IMG/VR virus record: IMGVR_UViG_2974632701_000001
Coordinates: 1 to 64,000 of that record
DNA length: 64,000 nucleotides
Source: a virus
Taxonomy: Duplodnaviria; Caudoviricetes
Direction: 5' to 3' (one strand)
The position numbers were made by a program, and so were the translations under genes. The notes under the pieces were generated by a model. It made no database searches. It had not been told where the DNA came from and saw only the letters and a program-made list of their open reading frames with translations. Positions 45,801-53,343 of this stretch are shown here, piece after piece (position 1 is the stretch's first letter; each line of letters begins with the position of its first letter).

Positions 45801-48800
45801 CGGTAACTTCCAGCAGATCACGACGGACAGACGCATTCTTGCCCAGAACTGAACGCTTGAGCACAGGATGAGTCACAGACGCAGGATCACGATAGCCCAG
45901 CATGATTGCAAGGTTATCTTCACCAATGGCTTCCAGCAGCCTTGCACGGCCTTCCTGCAAGCGATGAGGAATGTCCTGCATCCGACGCACAGCCATACGC
46001 TCCAGAACAGACATGATCCCTGTACCACGTCCCTTACGGACTGATACGGTTGGGATCTTGGAACCAATGCTGTAAGACTCACGAGATTCGTTGAAGATCG
46101 TTTCTCGAACAGTGTTCGAAATCCCTTCACCTTTAGCTCCAGCAATCCGTTTCTGATAGTCAGACATCTTCTCAGTGTTGACCAGAATCGTTGCAGCATC
46201 TTGCTGATTCGTTTCATTAGTCAGCTTCACACTGTCGATATCGATGATATCCATCTCAGCAAGAACCGTCAGGATCTCCTTGGCGAAACCATGAGTGATA
46301 CCTTCCAGATCATCGACACTGGATTCTTCATTCTCCTTGATGTGCCACAGACGCTTCAAATCATCAGCAATCGTATCAGATAGCTGACTTGGTGGAATAC
46401 CAAACAGAACCTTGTTCAGACCTTCCTCAGTCAGATCAAGTTTGTTTAGACCCATCTTTTCCAGCGTGTCATCCAGCTTACGGGGATCAGAAGCAGCAGC
46501 AGTTGCGATGAAATCCATCACTGCCAGAACCGCAAGGTTCAGCATGTTTTCATCATACCGTTCAGTTTCCGGATTCATCAGAGCACCAGCTTTGAATTTC
46601 CGGAACTCAACTCGACCATCTTTGATGTGCTGTGCAATGGTCTTGGTAATCTGACCATCTTTCACACGCATCTTCAGACGAGCATTCATACGCTGCACAA
46701 ACTCAGGCAGCACTTCATTCATGATCGTCAGGTACTCACGGTTCATTTTGAAACCAGTACCAAACTTCTGCATGAAGTCTTCCAGACTGGTGACAACAGC
46801 ATCACCAGTACGAGGTGCAAAGCTCTTGTTGAAAAGCTCCGTTACCTTCCGAATGAATCCGGATACGGGGGCGGTGTCTCCTCCCTCAGATTCTCCGGTG
46901 TCTCGCTCTCCGTTGGGTGCTTGAGTTTCTTCGCTGGATACTTCAGCGGCAGTTCCAGTTGTTTCGGTTCGGATGAGATCGCCATAAACTTCCTCCATAA
47001 AGGCAGCAGTGTATCCAAGTTCCCCACTGAATTCCTCAGTAGAGAACGCCATTTCCGTAGCCACTGCGAACAGTTCTGAAGCAATAGTTTCAGGATCTTT
47101 CCGAGTGAAAGCATACTCCAACCGATTGTTGAAATACCCACTCATCTTGCCACGCAGTGCATTCATTTCATTGAAGATCTGTCCACCCTTGTAAAACATC
47201 CGAGCAGATGAATACGGCCTGCCAACAAGATTGGCATGGTTATCAACCAGATGACCAGCTTCATGGATCAGGATCGCTTTACCCAGATCATTCAGAGTAC
47301 CATCCGGATTGAAACCATCTTCCCGAATATGGATAGTCTGATCAGCAAAGAAAGCATGGCCAAGACCAGCAACCCGCATTGGTACAATACGGATTTGCTT
47401 GATGAATTTGTTCATCGTAGGCATCGTTGTCTTGATGAAGTCACGAGCATTACCCAGACGTTCACGGACAGTTTCACGCATCCGAGACTTCTCAGCCTCA
47501 GTCATTTGAGCAACAACATCATCCCATTTGGTGCTTGAAGGGATAGGCTCATCGGAAACTATTTCCTCATTCGTCTCGACTTCAGAAGTCGCTGGCGCTC
47601 CTTCTTCCGTCTCGTCTCTTTCGGAATTACTTTCCTCTTCGACAGCCGTTGGACGTGCATCAATGTTCTGGTTCACGATGGCAATCTGATCACCATTGAA
47701 CACAATCACAATCGCTTCTGTCCCATTAGACAGAATGATCGCATCATGATTTCCGGCTTTGTAATCCATCTCCAGTTGACCACGTTTGGTCAGCCACTGG
47801 TTCTGAGGATCATCAGTCTCAACCAGCAGAGGATTTGTAGCACGGACATTCACAGACATCAGACGGGGATTGGATTTGCCAATAGCGTACTCACGTCCCT
47901 GACCCTTACGAGTGGTCAGGAAGATACCATCCTTGGAGTCAGCAAACTGATCAAACTCAACCCCACCAGTCCCATGATAGAAGACCATCACATTGTCATT
48001 GTCATCAGTGATGAAGCCAGTGTCAGTGCTGATATTCAGGTCTTCTTCTGTAGTCTGGTTCTGCTCCTCGGTTTCTGGCGAAACCTCGTCGTTGGCCGTT
48101 GGGGTTTGTGTCTCTTGGTTTGTTTGTTGGTTCTGCTCGTCAGAAGTTTCTTGGGAAACTTCCTCCTCGATACCCGTTGGTTGGGTATCAGGCTTCGCCA
48201 ATTCAACTTTCTCCATCTTGGGAAATGAACCAAGAATCTCAGGGAATTCCTCACGCAGAGTGTTGAAAGCATCTACCACAGCATTCTGGTCTTCAGCAAC
48301 CTGTTGCGCGAATGCAACACTATTTGCGTTGTCCGGGGAATACCGAACACCTTCACGACGTACACCACGAACAGGACTGTCAAAGTCCTTTAGGCGTCCA
48401 CCACGCTTCCCTTCAGGAGTGATGTATCCATCAGCCAGAGACGCATTCAGAGCCTGCACTTTGTTCACCATGTGCTGGGCAAAGTTCTGCATGTCGGTCA
48501 TGACATCGCTGACAGTCTGCACTCTTCCTTGTTGGTTGATGACGGTCCCTTCAGGGGACTGGATGCCAGTGAAAATCTCTCGGACAAAATCGTTGATTGA
48601 CCGTAGTTTCTTACCACCCTCAGACACCATGCCATCGGCAAAGATCTGACGGGAAACATCGGTGATGGTTTTCTCCTTCCCAGCCGGTCGGCCAGAAGCG
48701 GTAAGATTGACGTTTTCAGTCCGAGAGATTTGAACCTTTGCTTCAACATTCCGGTTCACAATACGAGCCAGCTTTGAAGCAGCTTTCATCAGCTTCGTAT

Positions 48801-50796
48801 CTTCAGGTGAAATTTGTTCACCCGACTGTTCCAAGATCAGATCAGTAGCATCTGGATTCACAGCAGTAGGATTCACTTTCGCTACATTGCGAACAGTGGT
48901 CACATCTGTAGGAGCACCCTCTTTATTCAGATCCAGATTGGTGGCTTTAGACACCACATTCTGAACCATTTTCGAAGAAAGAACCTTTCCAAACTCTTTC
49001 TGAGCCTGCTTAGGCAGACTTGTCACCATGCCTTGCAGCTTCTGGAATTGAGCAGCAGCATAGGCTGTATCAGCCTCAGTTGCTTTGAAGCCTTTGGATC
49101 CCATCTTCGCCACAATACCAGTGACGTTTTCAAAGACGTTGCGTGAACCACCAGCAACATCTGCCAGACCTTCAGATGGGACTTCCACATCAGGAGTTGA
49201 GAAAGCAGTCTGAACACTGTCACGAAGCTGACCTTTGGCAGCTACTTCACGCAGAGATTCAGTAGCATTCACAGTAGCCTGAACCGACTCGACAACTTCT
49301 TTGTCAGTCGGACGATTGGTGTATTCAATGATTTCTTGTCCCACACGTCCTGCCAGTTTACTGGCTTGTTCTGCACCAACAGAAACCACTGAACCAGCAG
49401 CTTCACGAACTGGACGAGTGACATCAGAAAAGACTTCAGCAGCACGAGAAACAGGTGAACCACCCAAGATCTCTTGACGCAGAGGATCATTGTACGTGGT
49501 TTCAGTGAACAGAGTATTGGCTGCATTCACAGCTTCATTGGCAGCCCCACGAGCAGTGTTTGGCGTAGCCATAACACCAGCAACACCCATACCTGCAATG
49601 GCACCCAGAGCAGCTTCTTCACCTACTCCATCAAGAGTACCACGACCAATCTGAGCATACTCTTCCACAGAAAGATTTCGGTTGATGGTTCCAGATGCAC
49701 CTTGACCAGCTTCTTCGATACCTTCACCAGCAATCGACAGAAGACCTTTGGTGACACCAACACCACGGAAACTACCGATAGGCATAGCTTCAAACCGTGA
49801 GGTGATGAAACCAAGAGCAAGAGACGGTGCAATCTGACGAATAGCAGCAGTTTCAGCAGCCATACCAGCAAGCTGAAGTTGAGCATCTTCAGGACTGAAA
49901 CCCTCAGCCAACAGAGCATTGTAGACCGAAGAAGTCTGTGCCAGTCGTTCCATAGGAATCGACATCACATCATTCACAGTCTCAGCGTACACACCTGCAA
50001 CTTCAGTCGTTGCTGCACCAGCAGAGATACCAGCAGCTTGTGCTGCACGTTGAGCCACAGTGTTCCGAATGAGAGCAGTCGATGCACCCTTGGCAATCAA
50101 ACCACCTGCACCAGCCAGAGGCACTGACAGAGCCAGATCACCGATACCTTCAGAGATGATCTGCCCAGTCACATCAGGACTGTTCCATGCACGTTCAGCA
50201 GACTCGACAGCGTTACGTCCTTCACGACGTAGAGCAGCCATAAAAGGATCAGCACCTTCTTGAACTTCACGTTCATAAGTTGCTTGGTTATCCATTGTGT
50301 CCAGTTCACCTTCGATCTGGAACAGACGAGTACGATCTTGAAGCTGAGTCGTCAGGTTATCCTGAAGGAATGATTCAACATTCGCATTGTGTTCACTGAG
50401 TATATCAGCAGTGGCTTGCTCACGAGGAATAGCCCCGTCAGTCATCCAATCAATCATGTACCCTGCACCAATACCAGCAAGGTTTCCAAAGGTACGATAA
50501 GCAGCACCAGCCGCTCCAGTTGCACTGTCACTGATCACTTCACCAGTTGAACGATCTCCACGATCAATACGCTCAACCCGAGCACTCCCTTCACCCATAC
50601 GCATGGCAGCACGATATACAGGATCTCCGTACTTCGCACGGATTTCCACATCATTGAGAGTAGCCATGTCTTGGATGAGTTGATCACTGAAACCAGTGTT
50701 TCGTGTCCGAGCGACAGCAGCGGTATCCTGAAAGTTAGGATCACGAAGACGGGCAGCAATCATTTCAGATGCTAGGAGTTCGTCGCGTTCAGACAT
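39898..50796 (-). CDS. Virion-encapsidated RNA polymerase (N4 gp50-like), polyvalent architecture
   Basis: 3632 aa; motif A ELDGLTNG, motif B RNTAKNPMTKVNYGSG, motif C VFDGID; extra ART-like and HExxH domains. Confidence 0.97.
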   Translation of the reverse strand: MSERDELLASEMIAARLRDPNFQDTAAVARTRNTGFSDQLIQDMATLNDVEIRAKYGDPVYRAAMRMGEGSARVERIDRGDRSTGEVISDSATGAAGAAYRTFGNLAGIGAGYMIDWMTDGAIPREQATADILSEHNANVESFLQDNLTTQLQDRTRLFQIEGELDTMDNQATYEREVQEGADPFMAALRREGRNAVESAERAWNSPDVTGQIISEGIGDLALSVPLAGAGGLIAKGASTALIRNTVAQRAAQAAGISAGAATTEVAGVYAETVNDVMSIPMERLAQTSSVYNALLAEGFSPEDAQLQLAGMAAETAAIRQIAPSLALGFITSRFEAMPIGSFRGVGVTKGLLSIAGEGIEEAGQGASGTINRNLSVEEYAQIGRGTLDGVGEEAALGAIAGMGVAGVMATPNTARGAANEAVNAANTLFTETTYNDPLRQEILGGSPVSRAAEVFSDVTRPVREAAGSVVSVGAEQASKLAGRVGQEIIEYTNRPTDKEVVESVQATVNATESLREVAAKGQLRDSVQTAFSTPDVEVPSEGLADVAGGSRNVFENVTGIVAKMGSKGFKATEADTAYAAAQFQKLQGMVTSLPKQAQKEFGKVLSSKMVQNVVSKATNLDLNKEGAPTDVTTVRNVAKVNPTAVNPDATDLILEQSGEQISPEDTKLMKAASKLARIVNRNVEAKVQISRTENVNLTASGRPAGKEKTITDVSRQIFADGMVSEGGKKLRSINDFVREIFTGIQSPEGTVINQQGRVQTVSDVMTDMQNFAQHMVNKVQALNASLADGYITPEGKRGGRLKDFDSPVRGVRREGVRYSPDNANSVAFAQQVAEDQNAVVDAFNTLREEFPEILGSFPKMEKVELAKPDTQPTGIEEEVSQETSDEQNQQTNQETQTPTANDEVSPETEEQNQTTEEDLNISTDTGFITDDNDNVMVFYHGTGGVEFDQFADSKDGIFLTTRKGQGREYAIGKSNPRLMSVNVRATNPLLVETDDPQNQWLTKRGQLEMDYKAGNHDAIILSNGTEAIVIVFNGDQIAIVNQNIDARPTAVEEESNSERDETEEGAPATSEVETNEEIVSDEPIPSSTKWDDVVAQMTEAEKSRMRETVRERLGNARDFIKTTMPTMNKFIKQIRIVPMRVAGLGHAFFADQTIHIREDGFNPDGTLNDLGKAILIHEAGHLVDNHANLVGRPYSSARMFYKGGQIFNEMNALRGKMSGYFNNRLEYAFTRKDPETIASELFAVATEMAFSTEEFSGELGYTAAFMEEVYGDLIRTETTGTAAEVSSEETQAPNGERDTGESEGGDTAPVSGFIRKVTELFNKSFAPRTGDAVVTSLEDFMQKFGTGFKMNREYLTIMNEVLPEFVQRMNARLKMRVKDGQITKTIAQHIKDGRVEFRKFKAGALMNPETERYDENMLNLAVLAVMDFIATAAASDPRKLDDTLEKMGLNKLDLTEEGLNKVLFGIPPSQLSDTIADDLKRLWHIKENEESSVDDLEGITHGFAKEILTVLAEMDIIDIDSVKLTNETNQQDAATILVNTEKMSDYQKRIAGAKGEGISNTVRETIFNESRESYSIGSKIPTVSVRKGRGTGIMSVLERMAVRRMQDIPHRLQEGRARLLEAIGEDNLAIMLGYRDPASVTHPVLKRSVLGKNASVRRDLLEVTDLVNGMMEQQASEVFFPVGVTQVGRHQMQGPNPQNNKLMRYVVAPQRSVLSTTDADDTQAFWLGVVQQADLFKAEKKDHATHLPAAIETFNTKYGNAVDMVKTMLEGGEFDSDAFLAEVGQVEPAVLAAIEAVAVRELAMERGDATFETALSFELDGLTNGAANMMINFGHGLMTPEDWGNFKRVGYFLGTTAMTVTKFFTNKEKDLYEMVSQLGDQMMTGDLKFLKPWQQEQRKAAGRLASAFGNFEMDTTTGDFWMTRNTAKNPMTKVNYGSGVQGVAIGVADDMLLEFYEKLQDMPENADWDTYYYPGVLKDMETLGLKLPNSFDKNFVFSNDQVEAFRKSIQFTVGKVLTNATRQVLGHRIEQLNDMLVLSTNIQSKYLQKLFDREINLLAEKLAREGTIKRNKKGEPNKGEIPRKYFKELEDRLSQMGAIFVSDEQTLAVGGFDKKLTDLRLSSNFDEKLVTPARMRRPDDVGVRALPFAVIGTGDAMMMNLIFGADNAPNDVLPVFDGIDVPVSKIKQYAPQINEAVLKSWDRDVLGMAVQNFEGFMSNKLDSDILNDVWAELMTDNKKESLKFFQGPEDLQAEMAKRLKENRARKKVFRQMAVSVDQMGGSDVGFSRDGETWTLSEVNHRIEKEMNNDTKPKDVKKPVEFTTAKALLDNMRNLTPDQKKAVEILKPLMGDVTVIFGTLDQLNEYRQQNFPDDGVVLKAPSNYDFKNNVMFMSVDTNESVLHEMVHAATYGLVLNHYEGVTNPAVARLEVLMQEFMDIQSDGKAMNEAQAAIARRMARNDPVNQAAAVNEFMAYVLTNSRVRTAAKQASVIANFGSKVMALLRRMLGGMPASMFDHVVFNTRVLNEPNVDDGGNGNTPPPDDPGDETSGPFENHSDYWIENLKAYMRSFVTDSPAKQKTGRDIYNAEKVINDLRQGGLLANSKDRSTFKAIYGIMLSNMKLDATARIALTRVFQHIVENMTPEMFGSTPEDRQTYSAVLNSFGSIENEGTSDAAAVLFALSQTSKKFRAVLEQIPAPEAEASVEGSLVDFMTRAASFSMKKLMGSLNESNAPQEVLDAVAKIIIDHDKEKEFRLLKRVTESLTAADNFVSGKLSATSDWMLRKDQDIQAQSRGKVIPFLMSSVTLATNLLDKKNTELTGEATKRITHMGLPVLSIVPIREMVSEIVGTDKQNSKVVDLLNKVNAAVSGMRQAYREDLPGILEREFINPPTKEQWKAMFDTLAKTDFSALVNLDNMRQTMKFLEESATRRNEIQRLEQDLAQTLSGSAMADVIAKSKQLADFMNGQSVGKLLVRNAYAIVKNLDGEGTPDMVSKIDRLVSVYALDRMDSQTREEVVQLWQADPNGVTSMVAYIQGLNEAEEAKPGITEQARLNGYKGYIPNEGRKNTQIIVDLDTNKDARERMGYVKLDIPYEGETDSIFPRSYYISTVRRQGGYSQGVMQNVAMTYRGVDTNTGLTVGNSVAGLITGDSSVDRILQNQLNPNTVLENEQEALMPVFAGDGSVLGFERSISEEMQNLHLGREENLAVMLGAWAGRQVEESLADQYNKQLVDELHKLWEKRPNGTDAEFEDMKRSSDKIYQESWKLIPQSTKNYIESKFEGRFMVPRSMVNLAVGYREPSITDMWSGKTRIPKPLQAAIVASTEAIMGRKAMRWLSTGEEALQGAVSTAKDIIVVRSLVVPVANVQANVMQLANAGVPVKQITKGYRAKLAEAEEFIQNRTKIIDLQQKMKIARNDNQKQILQDRIQVLQDLNKQMSIAPMIEAGQFKNLSEGITDLDVDISSGRIGDYIEKLSERLPERATDIVKVGLVSKSTKLYQVLNRATQYGDFIAKSIYYDHLISQGLSAEVASAMINEEFVNFSVLPGRVRSGLESNGLTWFMAFKIRILKIAAKQMRDNPVRSLAINSVVDVGGPITDNILVVIAEGRLDYATGFEMLFDAPELNPWINLMNGGQ

Positions 50797-50845
50797 TATG
50801 ACACCTCGGAAGGATTTGTAACCTGACCCTTAGTGTCATAATGCC
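50792..50845 (-). promoter_or_regulatory. Hairpin sequestering the vRNAP start codon and part of its SD
   Basis: 11-bp perfect inverted repeat CATTATGACAC (50794-50804) / GTGTCATAATG (50833-50843). Confidence 0.65.
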
Positions 50846-50863
50846 TGTAGGCGATCAAGAGGT

Positions 50864-52864
50864 TTAGCGACCCTCAGTCGGACTTTGACGAGAAAGAGTA
50901 GACGCAGTTTGTTCCAGTTGCTGTAGACGAGTCAGCAGTTGCTCACGAGTACGAGCATCATTTGGATCATTTGGATCGAGCTTATTCAGACGAGACAGGA
51001 TTTGACGCTGTTGACCAGCATTTTGTTCCAACTGAGATTCAATGATACTGATGTCTGAACGAGCACGATCAAACTCACGACGACGCTCAGGAGTAAGCTG
51101 GGCAATCGTTTGTTCGATGATCTCCGGATTGAAACGGTTTTCAATCGTGTTTCGGGTAAGATCAATATCACCTTCCCACCATGCACCATCATCACCCGGA
51201 TCTCGAATAAAGGCATCACGCATTGCCACTGCCATGACAGCAGGTTCAACATTGAACTTGTCAGCCATCTCGTTGATGTAGTTTCGAAGTACGTTCGAAT
51301 CGTAATCACCACGAGTTTCAGGATCAGTTGGTAGACCCAGATCAGTTTCCAGATTGGTCGTAGGATCTTCAGCATACCGACCAATATCATTCAGAGCACG
51401 ATACTGATCTTGACCTTGGAACTGACGAGTAGCGTCAGCCACAGTATTTGCAGCAGCAGCTTCGATAGCTCCAGTGATACCAGCATCCAGTGAACCACCA
51501 GTAAGATCTGAACTAAGACCTTCAGACTGACCGATCATTTCAGCACCACGACGTGCCGCAGCAAGAGCTTCAGCTTGGGTGAATCCACCACTTTCGAGGA
51601 GCATCTCACGAATCATGTTTTCAGCTTCTGCACCACTGATTGCATTAGGTGAGTTCACCACGCTCTCAGTGATACCTGCCAGCATGTCATTCTGAAGTTG
51701 GGTACGTTCATCAACAATGAGACCATCACCACGAGCACCAGCTTCACGAAGAGGAGCTACTCGACCCAGAACTTCATCAGGACGGAACAGACCTGAAGCA
51801 GCCATTTCAGCAGCCCAAGCATCTCCACCAAACCCTGTTTGTGTGTATTGTCGTGGACCACCTTGTGGTGCTCGTGCTGGACCTTGAGGGGCTGAACCAG
51901 AAGCAGCAGCAAGAATAGTGTCCCGATTTACAGGAGGCATTGAACGGATTTCATCAATCATGACATCCAGTTCAGCATCAGAAACATTCTTGAAACCTTC
52001 CCATTCAGCACGCAGACCAGCACGCTGTGATTCCCGAGTCCGAGGACCAAGGACACGCTGTTGAGCCAGATACAGACCAAGCTGTTCCTGCACAGCAGGT
52101 GAGAATGGTACATCATCAGGCAATGCCAGATCTTCTTGCAGACCCCGAAGAGTCGAACCAACAATCTGGAACTTACCCATTGGAGTAGCAACACGTCCAA
52201 TCTCAGCATTCACAGACTGACCATACTGACCACTTGGTGAAGCAAATTCACCAGCCTGACCAATCGTCATCTCTGAAACTCGAACACCATTTTCCCGGTT
52301 ACGATGTCCAAAGAGAGTATCGTATTGGTCAGCACCACCACCACTTTCAGTCCGGTCAATGTGAGCAGAGAATGCCGTACCACCCGTAAGAGCATTCCGT
52401 TCAGCTTCCAAGAAGCCACCAGCATTCCCACGAAGCCAAGCATCTTGTGCTTGTCCATGACCCCATTCAGTAGCCACACGAGCTTCACCAGCATTGGCAC
52501 GAGAATTCGCATCATTGCCCCAGCCAATAGAGGCTTGAGTCCGATCAGAGTTCACGTTGGTTGAACGAATATCAGCCCGTGCTCCCATAGCACTGTTCAG
52601 GTATTCAATACCACGCTGACCCAAGTTCAGATCACTGAAGGCACCACTTTCAAATGCAGTCCGAAGCTGATCTTGATCCATCCCACCAATACGCTTGATG
52701 AGTTCATTCTCAGCTTTGAGTTCTGCACCTTCTTGATATCGACCAAGAATACCTTCAGCAGCCGAAGCTGCATCGTTGATACCACCACGCATCTCTGACA
52801 ACAGTCCAGAGACATTTGGTGCAGCGACATTCAGTTGACGCCATTGCAGTCGGGGATCAGCCAT
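50864..52864 (-). CDS. Virion protein (N4 gp51-like) with lysozyme-like domain
   Basis: 666 aa; RTESGG...YDTLFG...PMGKFQIV.STL...QEQLG lysozyme/transglycosylase pattern; synteny. Confidence 0.8.
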   Translation of the reverse strand: MADPRLQWRQLNVAAPNVSGLLSEMRGGINDAASAAEGILGRYQEGAELKAENELIKRIGGMDQDQLRTAFESGAFSDLNLGQRGIEYLNSAMGARADIRSTNVNSDRTQASIGWGNDANSRANAGEARVATEWGHGQAQDAWLRGNAGGFLEAERNALTGGTAFSAHIDRTESGGGADQYDTLFGHRNRENGVRVSEMTIGQAGEFASPSGQYGQSVNAEIGRVATPMGKFQIVGSTLRGLQEDLALPDDVPFSPAVQEQLGLYLAQQRVLGPRTRESQRAGLRAEWEGFKNVSDAELDVMIDEIRSMPPVNRDTILAAASGSAPQGPARAPQGGPRQYTQTGFGGDAWAAEMAASGLFRPDEVLGRVAPLREAGARGDGLIVDERTQLQNDMLAGITESVVNSPNAISGAEAENMIREMLLESGGFTQAEALAAARRGAEMIGQSEGLSSDLTGGSLDAGITGAIEAAAANTVADATRQFQGQDQYRALNDIGRYAEDPTTNLETDLGLPTDPETRGDYDSNVLRNYINEMADKFNVEPAVMAVAMRDAFIRDPGDDGAWWEGDIDLTRNTIENRFNPEIIEQTIAQLTPERRREFDRARSDISIIESQLEQNAGQQRQILSRLNKLDPNDPNDARTREQLLTRLQQLEQTASTLSRQSPTEGR

Positions 52865-52876
52865 AGGGAGTTCTCC

Positions 52877-53341
52877 TTAGAGAGAATGACGGTCAATTTC
52901 GCCTTGAACTTCAGTATCAGATCGAACGCCTTCTGCGTACCGACCACGAATCCGATCTTCAAGAGCGGTGTTATAGGTTTGGGTTTGGTTCTGGAGGTTC
53001 GTATCCCATTGCTCACGAGCAAAAGCCATCTGTTCTTTGGCCATCTTGTGAGCTTGGTAGCTGGACCACAGGTTTCCAAGAACCTGCACACCACCAAGAA
53101 TCAAACCAGCACCACCCTCTTTCGACCAGAACCCCGGTCCTTGGCCAGTTTGAGGAGCACCAGCACCTGCACCAAAAACAGTCGTGGTATCAGTCACACC
53201 CATGTTCGATAGGCCGGGAGTAGAACCCCCGCCGACAGGAGTCCCCATCGATAGTTGATTGTTTGCTCCGAAACCCGTGGAACTCAGATCCAGTCCATTG
53301 GTCGTAGCTGAATTGTAGTTATTGAACTGTAGTTCTGCCAT
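52877..53341 (-). CDS. Virion protein (N4 gp52-like)
   Basis: 154 aa, glycine-rich then TM-like then QMAFAREQW coiled coil; synteny. Confidence 0.75.
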   Translation of the reverse strand: MAELQFNNYNSATTNGLDLSSTGFGANNQLSMGTPVGGGSTPGLSNMGVTDTTTVFGAGAGAPQTGQGPGFWSKEGGAGLILGGVQVLGNLWSSYQAHKMAKEQMAFAREQWDTNLQNQTQTYNTALEDRIRGRYAEGVRSDTEVQGEIDRHSL

Positions 53342-53343
53342 GT

